A DNA stretch of 64,000 nt from Patescibacteria group bacterium. Lineage in GTDB: Bacteria; Patescibacteriota; Microgenomatia; UBA8517. Made by a program: the position numbers and the translations under genes. The stretch lies in contig DATFUL010000008.1 in NCBI GenBank assembly GCA_035260845.1, forward strand, positions 5,709 through 69,708, given 5' to 3'. This document shows, piece by piece, positions 17,745-27,684 of this stretch (position 1 is its first letter; the number at the start of each line of letters is the position of its first letter). Under the pieces are notes generated by a model that was given only the letters and a program-made list of their open reading frames with translations, did no database searches and was not told where the DNA came from.

Positions 17745-19475
17745 TTAATCTAATTTGATCTGTAAATTCCAAAAATGAGAGTAGAGGCTGCCTTTTTTGG
17801 CTACTAGCTCTTTGTGAGTTCCAACTTCTTTTATCTTTCCATTCTCCATGACTACAATTTTATCCGCTCTCATAATTGTACTTAGCCTGTGAGCAATAAT
17901 AATGGTAGTTTTGCCGCGTCTAGCCTTCCAGAACGCATCCTGAATAAGTTTTTCCGATTCGGAGTCAAGATGGCTTGTAGCTTCATCAAAGACAACAATG
18001 TCAGGATCACTTAGAATCATGCGTGCAATTGCTAAGCGCTGCTTTTGGCCTCCGGAAAGTTTAACTCCACGCTCACCAACCTCTGTATTGTATTTAAGTT
18101 TTAAGCTATCAATAAAAGTGTCGATATTTGCAAGCTTTGAGGCCGATTTAATCTCGCTTAACTTTGGATTATCCTTTCCATAACCAATGTTGTAAGCAAT
18201 TGTGTTATTAAAAAGAATTGGTTCTTGGGGAACTACTCCCACAAAACTTCTTAAAGTGCTTTTGTTAAAATCTTTAATGTTAATGCCGTCGACCGTAATC
18301 TCACCCGAGTCCAAATCATAAAATCTCATGAGTAATTTAGCTAGGGTGGTCTTACCACTTCCGCTTCTTCCCACTAAGGCTATCGACTGGCCTTCCTCAA
18401 CTTTCAGGTTAATTCCATTAATAGCGTTTTTACTGCGGCCGTTATAAGTAAAATGAACGTTATTAAAATTAATAATACCGGAAACTCGGCTGATATTAAC
18501 TGGTTTTGAGGGATCTTTTACCTCAATTGCGTAGTCAAGTAAGCCAAAATATTTTTGCAGATCAGTGAATGATTTTGAGATATCTCTTAAACTCCAGACT
18601 AAATCCCAAAGTCTTGGAAACAGGATACTGATAAATGCAGTTACCAAGACGAAACTACCAACAGTCATGTGTAGATTTGTTGTGCTCACAATGCTAAAAA
18701 ATAAAATTGCAAAAATAGTAATATTAAAAAGAGTTCCAAGAGTAATATCTATATAGCGGTAGGTTAGGGTAAAGTCCCAAAGAGATTTGTACCAGGGTTT
18801 AAAAGCATTTGCTAGCCTGGTTTTTTCGAACTTTTCTCTGGCAAAAAGCTTAACTGTTTCATAATTAAGCATGTTGTCAGTAATAATGTCTGATACATTA
18901 TCTTCTTCTTCATTAAAAATTCTTCGTCTTTTGACATTTAAGGAGATAAAGAAATTGGCAATAATTAGAGTAAGTATGATTGAGACGCCTGCAATAATTG
19001 CAATTCGGAAGTCCAGGGCAATAAAGAAACAGAACATGACTATTATACTTACCGTAATGTCTAAGATCCTGTGGTGTAGGATAAAGAACAAGTCAAAGAA
19101 TGCATTGTCACCACGTTTAAAGGCAGATATTAAAGAGCCCGTGCTTTTATTAGAATGAAATACAAAATCAAGATCTTGTACCCAGGCAAAAATTTCTTGC
19201 CTAGCTAGTTTTGCGGCATCGAATGTTGCTTTATCACCAAACCAAAAGCTGATCTCAACAAAGAAAAGAGAAAGAACACTTGTTGCAATATAAAAAATAA
19301 GGATTCTAAGTAAGGTTGGGTAATTAAGTGTTGGAATTGCGTCCACAAAAAGTTTATAAAAATAGGGAATTAGGTTGTCTAGGGCCCCAGCCATAATCGC
19401 ACCAGCCACGAGCATTGTGTAGCCTAAACGGTTTGTTGTAGCAAACCTGAAAAATGTCTTTAAGATTTTATACAT
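17745..19475 (-). CDS. ABC exporter, fused permease/ATPase (MsbA-like)
   Basis: Six-TM N-terminal domain. Walker A GRSGSGKTT, signature LSGGQKQRLAIAR, Walker B IVVFDEATS. Confidence 0.85.
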   Translation of the reverse strand: MYKILKTFFRFATTNRLGYTMLVAGAIMAGALDNLIPYFYKLFVDAIPTLNYPTLLRILIFYIATSVLSLFFVEISFWFGDKATFDAAKLARQEIFAWVQDLDFVFHSNKSTGSLISAFKRGDNAFFDLFFILHHRILDITVSIIVMFCFFIALDFRIAIIAGVSIILTLIIANFFISLNVKRRRIFNEEEDNVSDIITDNMLNYETVKLFAREKFEKTRLANAFKPWYKSLWDFTLTYRYIDITLGTLFNITIFAILFFSIVSTTNLHMTVGSFVLVTAFISILFPRLWDLVWSLRDISKSFTDLQKYFGLLDYAIEVKDPSKPVNISRVSGIINFNNVHFTYNGRSKNAINGINLKVEEGQSIALVGRSGSGKTTLAKLLMRFYDLDSGEITVDGINIKDFNKSTLRSFVGVVPQEPILFNNTIAYNIGYGKDNPKLSEIKSASKLANIDTFIDSLKLKYNTEVGERGVKLSGGQKQRLAIARMILSDPDIVVFDEATSHLDSESEKLIQDAFWKARRGKTTIIIAHRLSTIMRADKIVVMENGKIKEVGTHKELVAKKGSLYSHFWNLQIKLD

Positions 19476-19668
19476 ATTTTTCGACGCAAAATTCGCCTCC
19501 TTCGATTCCGCTTCCTTAAGCGGTTTCTTATGAGGTAAAAGTACGGTGAGGCTTTATTATATAGTATATGACGCTCCTCAGGCAAGTCTTTAAGCGAAAA
19601 TAAAGTAAGTCTGGTATATGATTCTCCTCGGACAGGCCCTCGGCAGGCGCCTAAGCAAGAATCATATT

Positions 19669-19724
19669 CCAGGTTCAATTCATCCGTGAATAAATTCACG
19701 GTCTTCTTGAAAATCTGGTATAAT
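19669..19724 (+). promoter_or_regulatory. Second copy of the conserved promoter module (CCAGGTTCAATTCATC + hairpin CGTGAAT-aa-ATTCACG + TTCTTGAA + TGGTATAAT)
   Basis: Aligns with 8579-8634. The conserved block sits at the same distance (31-32 nt) from the extended -10. The hairpin differs in sequence but keeps its pairing. Confidence 0.45.
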
Positions 19725-19748
19725 ATCAGTACTTTCAAACAACTTTCC

Positions 19749-20645
19749 ATGCGGAAACTAATCTACCCTTTACTTTTAGTGCTTTTGAGCCTGGTCTTTG
19801 TGGCTCCAGGGCATGTTTTAGCTAAAACCACACCTAGCACAAGTCCATTGCCATCAGCCTCCGCAAGCGCCACAGTTGTAGCTACCGCAACACCAACAAC
19901 CGTGCCAGACATTACTCGAAAGAGTGAGGAAACTTTAGGCCCCTTGGAGACTCTAATGATGTCGCAACAATTGACCTCAGTCTGGCCATATAACCCCATT
20001 AAATATGCAATTAGAGGAGCAGTAGGTTCAGGAGTTCCGGTGAACACAATAGTACTCTTACTTCTTTTGCCAATAATGACTTTTGTTATTGCCTTTACCA
20101 GGAACGTCGTTGGTATCCGGGGATTTGGAATTTTTCTGCCAGCAGCCTTATCCGTGGTATTTGTAGCCACCGGGCCAATTGTTGGAATTGGACTCTTCCT
20201 TATAATCGTTGTTGTTTCGACCATCTTTAGGCTGATTCTTAGAACACTCAAGATTAAGCTTCAATATTTGCCAAGAATGGCACTTATTCTTTGGGGAGTT
20301 GTTCTTGGAGTCTTGGGAGCACTATTCTTGGCTCCTTACCTAAAGTTTTCGGCTCTTTCCAATGTTTCTATATTTGCAGTTTTAATTCTTATTCTTCTTT
20401 CGGAAGATTTTACCCGCGTCCAGCTTGGGAAAAGTGCTAAAACAGCCGTAAGTCTTACTTTTCAAACCCTTGTGCTTTCACTGATATCTTTCTTCTTTTT
20501 GACCCTAAAGCCTTTGCAGGAGTATGTGTTACTCAACCCCGAAATTTCTTTGATTGGTGTAGCTATTCTTGATCTTGCCCTTGGTAAATATACAGGACTC
20601 CGGGTTATGGAATTCTACAGGTTTAGGAAATTAATTCAGTCATAA
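19749..20645 (+). CDS. 7-TM membrane protein with signal peptide and Thr/Pro/Ala-rich extracytoplasmic N-terminus
   Basis: MRKLIYPLLLVLLSLVFVAPGHVLA signal. Low-complexity TPSTSPLPSASASATVVATATPTT stretch. Seven hydrophobic helices. First gene of the ATP-grasp island. Confidence 0.55.
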   Translation: MRKLIYPLLLVLLSLVFVAPGHVLAKTTPSTSPLPSASASATVVATATPTTVPDITRKSEETLGPLETLMMSQQLTSVWPYNPIKYAIRGAVGSGVPVNTIVLLLLLPIMTFVIAFTRNVVGIRGFGIFLPAALSVVFVATGPIVGIGLFLIIVVVSTIFRLILRTLKIKLQYLPRMALILWGVVLGVLGALFLAPYLKFSALSNVSIFAVLILILLSEDFTRVQLGKSAKTAVSLTFQTLVLSLISFFFLTLKPLQEYVLLNPEISLIGVAILDLALGKYTGLRVMEFYRFRKLIQS

Positions 20646-20651
20646 TTTACA

Positions 20652-21968
20652 ATGAAGATATCTTCAATTTTAGGCTTAAATGCAAGAAGTCAGTTATTTG
20701 CTTACCGCTATAATAGTCGGCGTGGTAAAAACATTGCTGACAGTAAGTTGCAAACCGCCGGGGTCCTAAAGCGCGCTGGTGTACTTCACCCAAAAATATA
20801 TAAGATTCTTAGGGACCCAACTGGAATTACAACTTTTGACTGGAATAGTTTACCCGATAGATTTGCACTTAAACCCAGCCGGGGATTAGGTGGAGAAGGC
20901 ATTATTGTTGTTAAAAAGAAGCTTAAAGATGGAGGATGGCTAACAACTCAAAAAGAAAAAGTCACTATTAGCGATCTCAAACTTCATTCACTAGATATTT
21001 TGGAAGGCGCTTATTCAATGGGCAACGTACCTGATGTAGCATTTGTGCAGGAGTATGTGGGTAGGCATCCGGTTTTTAGGCGCTACGCTTACCGCGGAAC
21101 TCCCGATATCCGCATTATTATTTTTAATAAAGTTCCTGTTATGGCCATGCTTCGCTTGCCAACAAAAGAGTCCGGTGGCCGTGCCAATTTGCATCAAGGA
21201 GCGGTTGGAGTTGGGGTTGATATTGCAACAGGAATCACAACTAAGGCTATATGGCATGGGAATCAAATTGTATTCAAACCCGGTACAAATAGAAAACTTA
21301 GAGGAATAAAAATACCCAATTGGAATCAGATTCTTGAAACTGCAGTGAATACTCAAATAGCCTCGCACTTAGGCTATATAGGCGTCGACATTGTTCTACA
21401 TCCAGATAAAGGGCCAATGGTTCTTGAAATGAATGCTCAGCCCGGGCTTCAGATTCAACTCGCTAATATGGAGGGCTTAAGGCGTAGACTTGAACGTATT
21501 GATGACCTTGAAGTACGTGACGCTGAACATGGAGTTAAGATTGCTAAAGCCTTGTTTGCAGGCCGCTTCGCTGATCGCGCAGCCGCAATTGAAGGAATTA
21601 GAACAATCAAAGCAGTTGAGGAGGTTAAGGTTTTATCATCCGATTTAAAGCGCATCCCTGTTTTAGCCAAAATTGATACTGGTGCCTGGAGCAGTGCGAT
21701 TGATAAAAAATTTGCCAAGGAAATCGGAATCCTGGATAAAAGTAAGATACTTTGGTATAAACGTAAACTTAGTGCATTAGGTGAGGAAGAGCGTCCTGTT
21801 ATTCCGGTAACTTTTTGGATTGCGGGCCGAAAGATTAAAACTGACATGACGGTAGCCGATCGCAAACTTCTTAGATACCAAATACTTATTGGCCGCGAAG
21901 ATTTGCAGGGGTTCTTGGTAAGCCCTGAGATAGATATGGAAAATTTAAGGGAGGCTAAGTGGAAGTAA
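20652..21968 (+). CDS. ATP-grasp amide ligase (RimK/alpha-L-glutamate-ligase-related) fused to C-terminal retropepsin-like aspartic peptidase domain
   Basis: N-terminal ~300 aa has ATP-grasp composition. The C-terminal ~120 aa contains VLAKIDTGAWSSAID (D-T-G-A aspartyl protease signature) and ILIGREDLQGF. Confidence 0.6.
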   Translation: MKISSILGLNARSQLFAYRYNSRRGKNIADSKLQTAGVLKRAGVLHPKIYKILRDPTGITTFDWNSLPDRFALKPSRGLGGEGIIVVKKKLKDGGWLTTQKEKVTISDLKLHSLDILEGAYSMGNVPDVAFVQEYVGRHPVFRRYAYRGTPDIRIIIFNKVPVMAMLRLPTKESGGRANLHQGAVGVGVDIATGITTKAIWHGNQIVFKPGTNRKLRGIKIPNWNQILETAVNTQIASHLGYIGVDIVLHPDKGPMVLEMNAQPGLQIQLANMEGLRRRLERIDDLEVRDAEHGVKIAKALFAGRFADRAAAIEGIRTIKAVEEVKVLSSDLKRIPVLAKIDTGAWSSAIDKKFAKEIGILDKSKILWYKRKLSALGEEERPVIPVTFWIAGRKIKTDMTVADRKLLRYQILIGREDLQGFLVSPEIDMENLREAKWK

Positions 21969-21972
21969 CCCC

Positions 21973-22866
21973 ATGAAGAAGATTTTGATTCTCACTAGTG
22001 GCAAGAAGAAAAAACTTACACCTTTTAAGTTGTCTCTCCGAAATCTCCAAATAGACTTAACTACGGCCTCATTCAACGATGTCTATTCTGATTCAGTAAG
22101 CGGCGACCTTTTACTTAAGAAAGGCCCAGCTATTTCTAGATTTGAAATAATTTACTTTAGATTAGTTGGGAAGAGCCTGGAAACTGCCTTACTCGTTGCT
22201 GCTTATGCCAAGAAAAATGGAATACAAATTGTAGACAAAATATACGAAAATGCCCAAGTTCTGCCCATTACTCAAAGTAAGATTAAGGAAATGCAGGCTT
22301 TGAAAGATGCTAAAATCACAATCCCTAAAACTATTTTTGGATCTTTGGATCAAATTGCCCAAAAAGGTCCCACTGTTTTTAGGTTCCCCTTTGTAATTAA
22401 AAGTTCAACAGGGAGCCGCGGTCGTGAAGTATATAGCCCAAATAATACTACGGAACTTAAGTCACTCATTACAGTTCTTTCCAAAGAAGAAAAATTAGGT
22501 AAACAATTTTTTGCCCAGGAGTTTGTACCAACTACAAAAAGAATTAGGGTACTTATTGTTGGCGGCCAAATAATTGGTTCCATTGTCCAACTCACTAAGT
22601 GGAGAAAAAGAGTAACAGGTTATATGCCACAAGAAGACGAAAAAAAGATAGACAAATTTACTCCAACTATTGAAATGCAAAACTTGGCGAAGTTGGCTGT
22701 TGTTGCCGTTGGAATTGACATTGCTGGAGTTGATATTTTAGTTAACGAACAGACTGGTCAGAGTCTTGTTATCGAAGTTAATGCAGCGCCCAGTTGGAAG
22801 CTTATTAAAAAATACTGCAAAGTAAATGTTGAATATGAAATCCTTAAATTTATTGCAAAGATCTAA
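21973..22866 (+). CDS. RimK-like ATP-grasp ligase
   Basis: FPFVIKSSTGSRGREVY, LIVGGQIIGS and AGVDILV match RimK/GshB-type ATP-grasp motifs. Confidence 0.65.
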   Translation: MKKILILTSGKKKKLTPFKLSLRNLQIDLTTASFNDVYSDSVSGDLLLKKGPAISRFEIIYFRLVGKSLETALLVAAYAKKNGIQIVDKIYENAQVLPITQSKIKEMQALKDAKITIPKTIFGSLDQIAQKGPTVFRFPFVIKSSTGSRGREVYSPNNTTELKSLITVLSKEEKLGKQFFAQEFVPTTKRIRVLIVGGQIIGSIVQLTKWRKRVTGYMPQEDEKKIDKFTPTIEMQNLAKLAVVAVGIDIAGVDILVNEQTGQSLVIEVNAAPSWKLIKKYCKVNVEYEILKFIAKI

Positions 22867-22870
22867 ATCA

Positions 22871-23485
22871 ATGAAAAGCAAAAGCGAAAGCTTATATCAA
22901 AATAAATTCCATAAGTTTGGGTTTAGTCCAAAATCTCTTTTATGGAAAACCCCTGGCGCTGCACACCAAAGGTTCAGGCAGTTTTGGGCCGAGATTGATT
23001 TTACAAATAAAAAAGTTCTTGATATCGGCTGCGGATTTGGGGAGTTTGGTAAATTTATTTTGAAAAGATATAAGGGAGTTACATATACCGGTATTGATAT
23101 AAACTCTGATTTTATTGAAACCGCAAAGAGGGAAGTTCCGGATGGGAAGTTTATTAATGCTGATTTTTTGAAAGAAAAAGTAAATGGTACTTATGACATC
23201 GTCATTGCTAGTGGGGTCTTAAATTCGAACATGGGAAGTCAAAACCTAACCTTTCGAAAAAAAGCAATCAAAAAAATGTTTTCACTAACTAAAAATATTT
23301 TGGCATTCAATATGTTAGGTGGTCACCCGACCCAAATAAGCAAAAAAGGGAGTAATGTTTGGTATTCAGATAGCCTTGTTATCCTTGATTTTTGTATGAG
23401 TTTAACCCGCCGTGTGGTTTTGCGTACCAATTACCACCCTAAAGACTTTACAATAATAATGTACAAAGTTAAGTCTTCAGGATAA
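22871..23485 (+). CDS. Class I SAM-dependent methyltransferase
   Basis: VLDIGCGFGEFGKFI (motif I) and TYTGIDIN. Start moved to the ATG at 22871, just after the upstream stop. Confidence 0.6.
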   Translation: MKSKSESLYQNKFHKFGFSPKSLLWKTPGAAHQRFRQFWAEIDFTNKKVLDIGCGFGEFGKFILKRYKGVTYTGIDINSDFIETAKREVPDGKFINADFLKEKVNGTYDIVIASGVLNSNMGSQNLTFRKKAIKKMFSLTKNILAFNMLGGHPTQISKKGSNVWYSDSLVILDFCMSLTRRVVLRTNYHPKDFTIIMYKVKSSG

Positions 23486-23491
23486 ATATAT

Positions 23492-24421
23492 ATGAAAAAA
23501 ATTTTAGTACTAGCCGCTAAAAGAAGTGAAAATAAAGAAAAGCTAATTGCTTTCCTCCAAAGATATTTTGATAAAAAAGCAGAAGTTGTTTTAGGTATTT
23601 TCTCTGATGTAATATTCCAAATTGAAGGCGGTAAAATCCTCGTCGAAATTGATGGCCGTAATATTAATGATTTTGATTTAGTCTATTTTAGAAACACCTC
23701 CGGTTTCCAAGCAATGGCTGCAACCCTTTCGATTTATTTGGAAAGCACAGGGGTTAAATTTTTTGATAAATCTCATATTAGCGGCAGTTTTATGGGCGAT
23801 AAATTTACATCCCTTATGCGTTTAGCTGTAAACGGTTTGCCAATTGTTCCATCTTTTCTTTGTTGGAAGGGAGCAATTAAAAAAACCAAAAAAAGAATTG
23901 CTAAGGAATTTGGGTTTCCCATTGTTGCTAAAGAAGTTACAACTCAAAGAATGCAAAGTGTTTTCTTACTTAAATCATTACGTGATTTTGACAAATTACC
24001 GGACAAAACCGGACATGGTAACAATGCACGTTACTTGTTCCAAAAATTTATAACCTTCGATAAAGAATTTAGGATTTTAGTATTGGGTGAGAAAATTGGA
24101 ATAATTCATACAAAAACAGTGAGGGATAATACCGGTTTCCAAGTTGGGTATAACGATATGACTGAATACCCCAAGTTTTTAAGACCGGAAGAAATATCTA
24201 GTGTTATTAAAGAGACAGCAGTTAAAGCTGCAAAAGTTCTTAAAATTCAAATTGCCGGAGTAGACATTTGTAGGGAAGAGGCAACTGGCAAGACTTTTGT
24301 CTTTGAAGTAAATCGTGGCCCGGGACTCGAATACGACACAGCCGTTTCACAGGAGATGCCAAAGATCGCAGAATTCTTTGCTTATGAGCTTGGTATTAAA
24401 TTGCCGAAAAATAGGAGTTAA
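23492..24421 (+). CDS. RimK-like ATP-grasp ligase (third in island)
   Basis: FGFPIVAKEVTTQRMQSVFLL, ILVLGEKIG and IAGVDICREEATGKTFVFEVN. Confidence 0.6.
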   Translation: MKKILVLAAKRSENKEKLIAFLQRYFDKKAEVVLGIFSDVIFQIEGGKILVEIDGRNINDFDLVYFRNTSGFQAMAATLSIYLESTGVKFFDKSHISGSFMGDKFTSLMRLAVNGLPIVPSFLCWKGAIKKTKKRIAKEFGFPIVAKEVTTQRMQSVFLLKSLRDFDKLPDKTGHGNNARYLFQKFITFDKEFRILVLGEKIGIIHTKTVRDNTGFQVGYNDMTEYPKFLRPEEISSVIKETAVKAAKVLKIQIAGVDICREEATGKTFVFEVNRGPGLEYDTAVSQEMPKIAEFFAYELGIKLPKNRS

Positions 24422-24590
24422 ATAATATCATTGGATACTTTCATTACTCTCCAAAGTGTGAAAATATTAAGTATTTCACGAACCAAACAAAATACGAAGA
24501 TAATTTTTGATTCCACCCCAGACATGCTTATCTTTCGCCTTCAGGTACTATTCGTACACGGCTCAAGATGTGCTTATGTCGGGGCGCACA

Positions 24591-24622
24591 AAAAATCCCG
24601 CAATTTCTTACGGGATCATTTG
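24591..24622 (-). terminator. Rho-independent terminator of rplL (minus strand)
   Basis: On the minus strand: ATCCCG-(10 nt loop)-CGGGAT followed by TTTTTTGTG. Confidence 0.6.
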
Positions 24623-24680
24623 AAGTCACTTAAATATATTATTCAAACTTTGCGTTAGCAAAGCAGTGAACAAGCTGTGC

Positions 24681-25064
24681 TTATTTAAGTTCGACTGTTG
24701 CACCTGCAGCTTTAAGTTTGTCTGCTGCATTTTTAACCTCATCAGGTTTTGCATCTTTCAAAACTTCTGCTGGAACTGCTTCTGTCATTCCTTTTGCATC
24801 CATTAGAGTTAAATTTGGATTTATCTCTCTTAGAGCTTTGATGACATTAATTTTTTGGTCGCCTGCAGCTGTCATTACAACTGTTTGGTTTCCACCTGCG
24901 GCTTCCGCTGCTGGAGCTTCTCCTGCTGCGGCTGCTGGTGCGGCTGCTGCCATAGGCATAGCTGTAACACCAAGTTTATCTTGAAGTGCGGTAACAAGTT
25001 CTGATAACTCAAGAACTGTTAACTTTGAAACTTCTTCTACTAAATCATTTACTTTATTTGCCAT
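24681..25064 (-). CDS. rplL: 50S ribosomal protein L7/L12
   Basis: ELSELVTALQDKLGV, Ala-rich hinge and C-terminal KAAGATVELK. Confidence 0.9.
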   Translation of the reverse strand: MANKVNDLVEEVSKLTVLELSELVTALQDKLGVTAMPMAAAAPAAAAGEAPAAEAAGGNQTVVMTAAGDQKINVIKALREINPNLTLMDAKGMTEAVPAEVLKDAKPDEVKNAADKLKAAGATVELK

Positions 25065-25591
25065 TAAGTTTCACCCCCTTCAGATTTTGCTTTCAAAATA
25101 TATACTAACTTTTGTAAATTTCCTTGTAAGGTTGCGACTAATCCATATTCAGATGCAAGTAAAGCTCCAAGAAGCTGACCTAAAAGAACATCTCGGCCCG
25201 GAAGAGTGGAAAGCTTGCTAAGAGCTGCACTATCTTGAAAAGTTCCTTCAACTACTCCTACTTTAAATTTAGGGAGTTCATTTTCTTTAGCAAATTTACC
25301 TAAAACTTGAATTGGAGCAATTGCGTCCTCATCTGCTATAACTATTGCAGTTTGGCCTGAAAGAATTTCGTCAGTAGCCATTTGATCATCCAATTTGGCT
25401 GATTCAATTGCGCGCTTAAGAAGTGTGTTTTTAACAACAACCATGCGTCCATTTACTTCTTTAAGTTTGCCTTTTAATTCTTGCTGAGCTTTAACGTTTA
25501 AGCCTGTGTAGTTGACCAAAACTAAAGACTTAGCGTTTTTGAGTTCGCCAGTTAAATCGTCTACTAATGTAACTTTTTGTGCCTTTAACAT
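25064..25591 (-). CDS. rplJ: 50S ribosomal protein L10
   Basis: Directly upstream of rplL. Typical L10 length and composition. Confidence 0.85.
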   Translation of the reverse strand: MLKAQKVTLVDDLTGELKNAKSLVLVNYTGLNVKAQQELKGKLKEVNGRMVVVKNTLLKRAIESAKLDDQMATDEILSGQTAIVIADEDAIAPIQVLGKFAKENELPKFKVGVVEGTFQDSAALSKLSTLPGRDVLLGQLLGALLASEYGLVATLQGNLQKLVYILKAKSEGGET

Positions 25592-25732
25592 TTTTTGTGA
25601 ACCTAAGATAGGGGAAAAGAAGCTAAAAACTGTAGTTTCTTCCTCCGGAGCGACTTATCTTTTATGCGCACCTTCTTAGGACTAACGGTATTCTAACACT
25701 CTAAACGGATAAAATCCAGCCTAAAAATTAGA
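25592..25732 (-). promoter_or_regulatory. Putative rplJ 5' leader (L10 autoregulatory leader region)
   Basis: 140-nt untranslated region immediately upstream of rplJ. Position only; no fold was computed. Confidence 0.25.
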
Positions 25733-25951
25733 CTAGTTTCCGCTTGGCTTTAATGTTCTTTCAAGATCAGTTCCACCCGTTGGAGTACCTGACTGCTTTT
25801 TCTTTTTTGCTTCCTCTTCCAGTTTTCTTTCTAAATCAACATTTCCAGTTGGGGTTCCACCGGGCTTTTTATTATCAATAACCCTTGTAAGATCCACCTT
25901 TCCCGTACCTGTACCCGTACTTACTTTGTTTTCGAATTCATTTTTATCCAT
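25733..25951 (-). CDS. Small repeat protein (72 aa) inserted between rplA and rplJ
   Basis: Three internal repeats: GTGTGKVDLTRVID, GTPTGNVDLERKLEE and GTPTGGTDLERTLK. Confidence 0.4.
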   Translation of the reverse strand: MDKNEFENKVSTGTGTGKVDLTRVIDNKKPGGTPTGNVDLERKLEEEAKKKKQSGTPTGGTDLERTLKPSGN

Positions 25952-25978
25952 GGCTTTAGTTTATATTTTTTACTAATT

Positions 25979-26773
25979 TTAAGCAACTTGAATCTTGACT
26001 GAAGGGCTCATTGTGGATTTGATAAACACTCTAACTATTTGTTTTGCCCCTCCCAAGGCTTTAAGTACTGCTTCTGTATTTTCTATGATTTCTTCGTCTT
26101 TTTGGCTATTTTTACCAACTACGGTATGAATAAGTGGGGCTTCTTTTTCTGTTTTCAAAGTTACTGAACCTGCGCCATATGCCTTGGCTTTTTTAAGGTC
26201 GGCAACAAGTGTTCCATTTTTAGGATTTGGCATTAAGCCTTTTGGACCCAAAAGTCTGGCAAAAGGAACCAACTTTGGCATCATGTCTGCGGTTGATACT
26301 AAAATATCAAAGTCAACTTTACCTGCTTGAAGTTTTTTAACAGTATCTTCATCTGCAATTTCTACTTTCTTCTGTCTTCCTGCTTGGAAGGGAAGTGCTA
26401 CTTGGGTTACTGTGCCTGTCTTTTTAACAACTATATGGAGTTCCATTGTACCGTCGAATTTTGAATATGAAGCACTTTTAACCAATTTTACGGCTTCGCT
26501 CACTTTGTATGATTTTTCGCGGTCAAATTTAGCCTTGGCTTCTATATATTTTTTGCCACGAACCTTTTCAATTATCTTTTTATCTGTTGTTTTCTTGGCA
26601 CCCTCATCAATAATTGGAGCTTCTTCCGTTACGGCTGCATCAACAACTTTTACGCGTTGACCACCTTTTAAGCCTGCAACATGAACTTTTGACTCATCTG
26701 CTTTGTGAGCTTGATCCTGCTTTTTCTTGTTTTTGTTTTCTTCGCCTACCAAGGCTGTTTTCATTTTTCCCAT
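25979..26773 (-). CDS. rplA: 50S ribosomal protein L1 with Lys-rich N-terminal extension
   Basis: GKKYIEAKAKFD...LLGPKGLMPNPKNGT matches the L1 core. About 50 extra N-terminal residues. Confidence 0.85.
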   Translation of the reverse strand: MGKMKTALVGEENKNKKKQDQAHKADESKVHVAGLKGGQRVKVVDAAVTEEAPIIDEGAKKTTDKKIIEKVRGKKYIEAKAKFDREKSYKVSEAVKLVKSASYSKFDGTMELHIVVKKTGTVTQVALPFQAGRQKKVEIADEDTVKKLQAGKVDFDILVSTADMMPKLVPFARLLGPKGLMPNPKNGTLVADLKKAKAYGAGSVTLKTEKEAPLIHTVVGKNSQKDEEIIENTEAVLKALGGAKQIVRVFIKSTMSPSVKIQVA

Positions 26774-26857
26774 AATATTCTTAATGTTATATAAAATTCA
26801 TCTTTAGAGATTCTTTGAATCGTTTAATCCCTCCTGACAGAATTTTATATTATTTTC

Positions 26858-27280
26858 TTATTCTGTTTTAACTCCCATTGAACGAGCTGTTCCTGCAACT
26901 ATTTTCATAGCAGCTTCAACGTCTTTAGTATTTAAGTCGTCTAATTTGTCTTCTGCAATTTGTCTTAATTGAGCTTGGGTTAGGGTTCCGGCGGTTTCCC
27001 TTGGGGCTTTGCCTGAACCTTTTTCTATACCTAAAACCTTCTTGATCATGTCGGCAACTGGGGCTTTTTTGATAATAAACTCGAAACTACGATCCTCGTA
27101 AATTGTGATTACGGCTGGGGCGACCTGGCCCTTCATGTCTTTAGTTTTATCGTTGTACTGCTTAACAAACTCCATAATGGCAACGCCGTGTTGTCCAAGC
27201 GCGGTTCCAACTGGAGGAGCAGGGGTGGCCTCAGCCGCCTTAAGATTGATTTTAACTATTGTTTTTACTTTTTTCGCCAT
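26858..27280 (-). CDS. rplK: 50S ribosomal protein L11
   Basis: [33 protein letters not shown]. Start trimmed to the ATG at 27280. Confidence 0.9.
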   Translation of the reverse strand: MAKKVKTIVKINLKAAEATPAPPVGTALGQHGVAIMEFVKQYNDKTKDMKGQVAPAVITIYEDRSFEFIIKKAPVADMIKKVLGIEKGSGKAPRETAGTLTQAQLRQIAEDKLDDLNTKDVEAAMKIVAGTARSMGVKTE

Positions 27281-27409
27281 TCTATTTGGGTACGCAAACG
27301 AAGCTTTTTTGGAAGTTTCGACTTGCGTCTGCCACCTGAATTTCAAGTGGTAAGGCTATTGTAGCAAATCAAGATTGATTATTCAATATTAAACATATAT
27401 TATCCTGTT

Positions 27410-27676
27410 ATGGCTAAAGGAGAGTTTATCAATGTAAATAAAGTGGGCCCGGGCGATACCCTGCAAATTCGAACTTTTGGGCAGAAACCCAAACTACTTG
27501 AAGTTTTAAAAGTGGAGGCATATGGGGTTAAAAAACCTCGAGATCCGCTTGCAAGTACATTAATTCAAGTCTTCCTTCCAAAGGAGGGTGTCTATGGTAA
27601 GATATTAAGACCAAATAAGAGTAAGATAAGTCGTATATCAACAGTCGATAGTGACGGAAATATTAAGTACCCCTAA
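27410..27676 (+). CDS. Hypothetical small protein (88 aa), opposite strand between rplK and nusG
   Basis: ORF with a plausible upstream A/T-rich promoter. No motif. Confidence 0.3.
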   Translation: MAKGEFINVNKVGPGDTLQIRTFGQKPKLLEVLKVEAYGVKKPRDPLASTLIQVFLPKEGVYGKILRPNKSKISRISTVDSDGNIKYP

Positions 27677-27684
27677 ACATTAAA

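Noticed and set aside
24431-24658. 75-aa ORF between the ATP-grasp island and rplL
   Set aside because: It spans the convergent terminator hairpin and has no motif. More likely it is non-coding 3' UTR.
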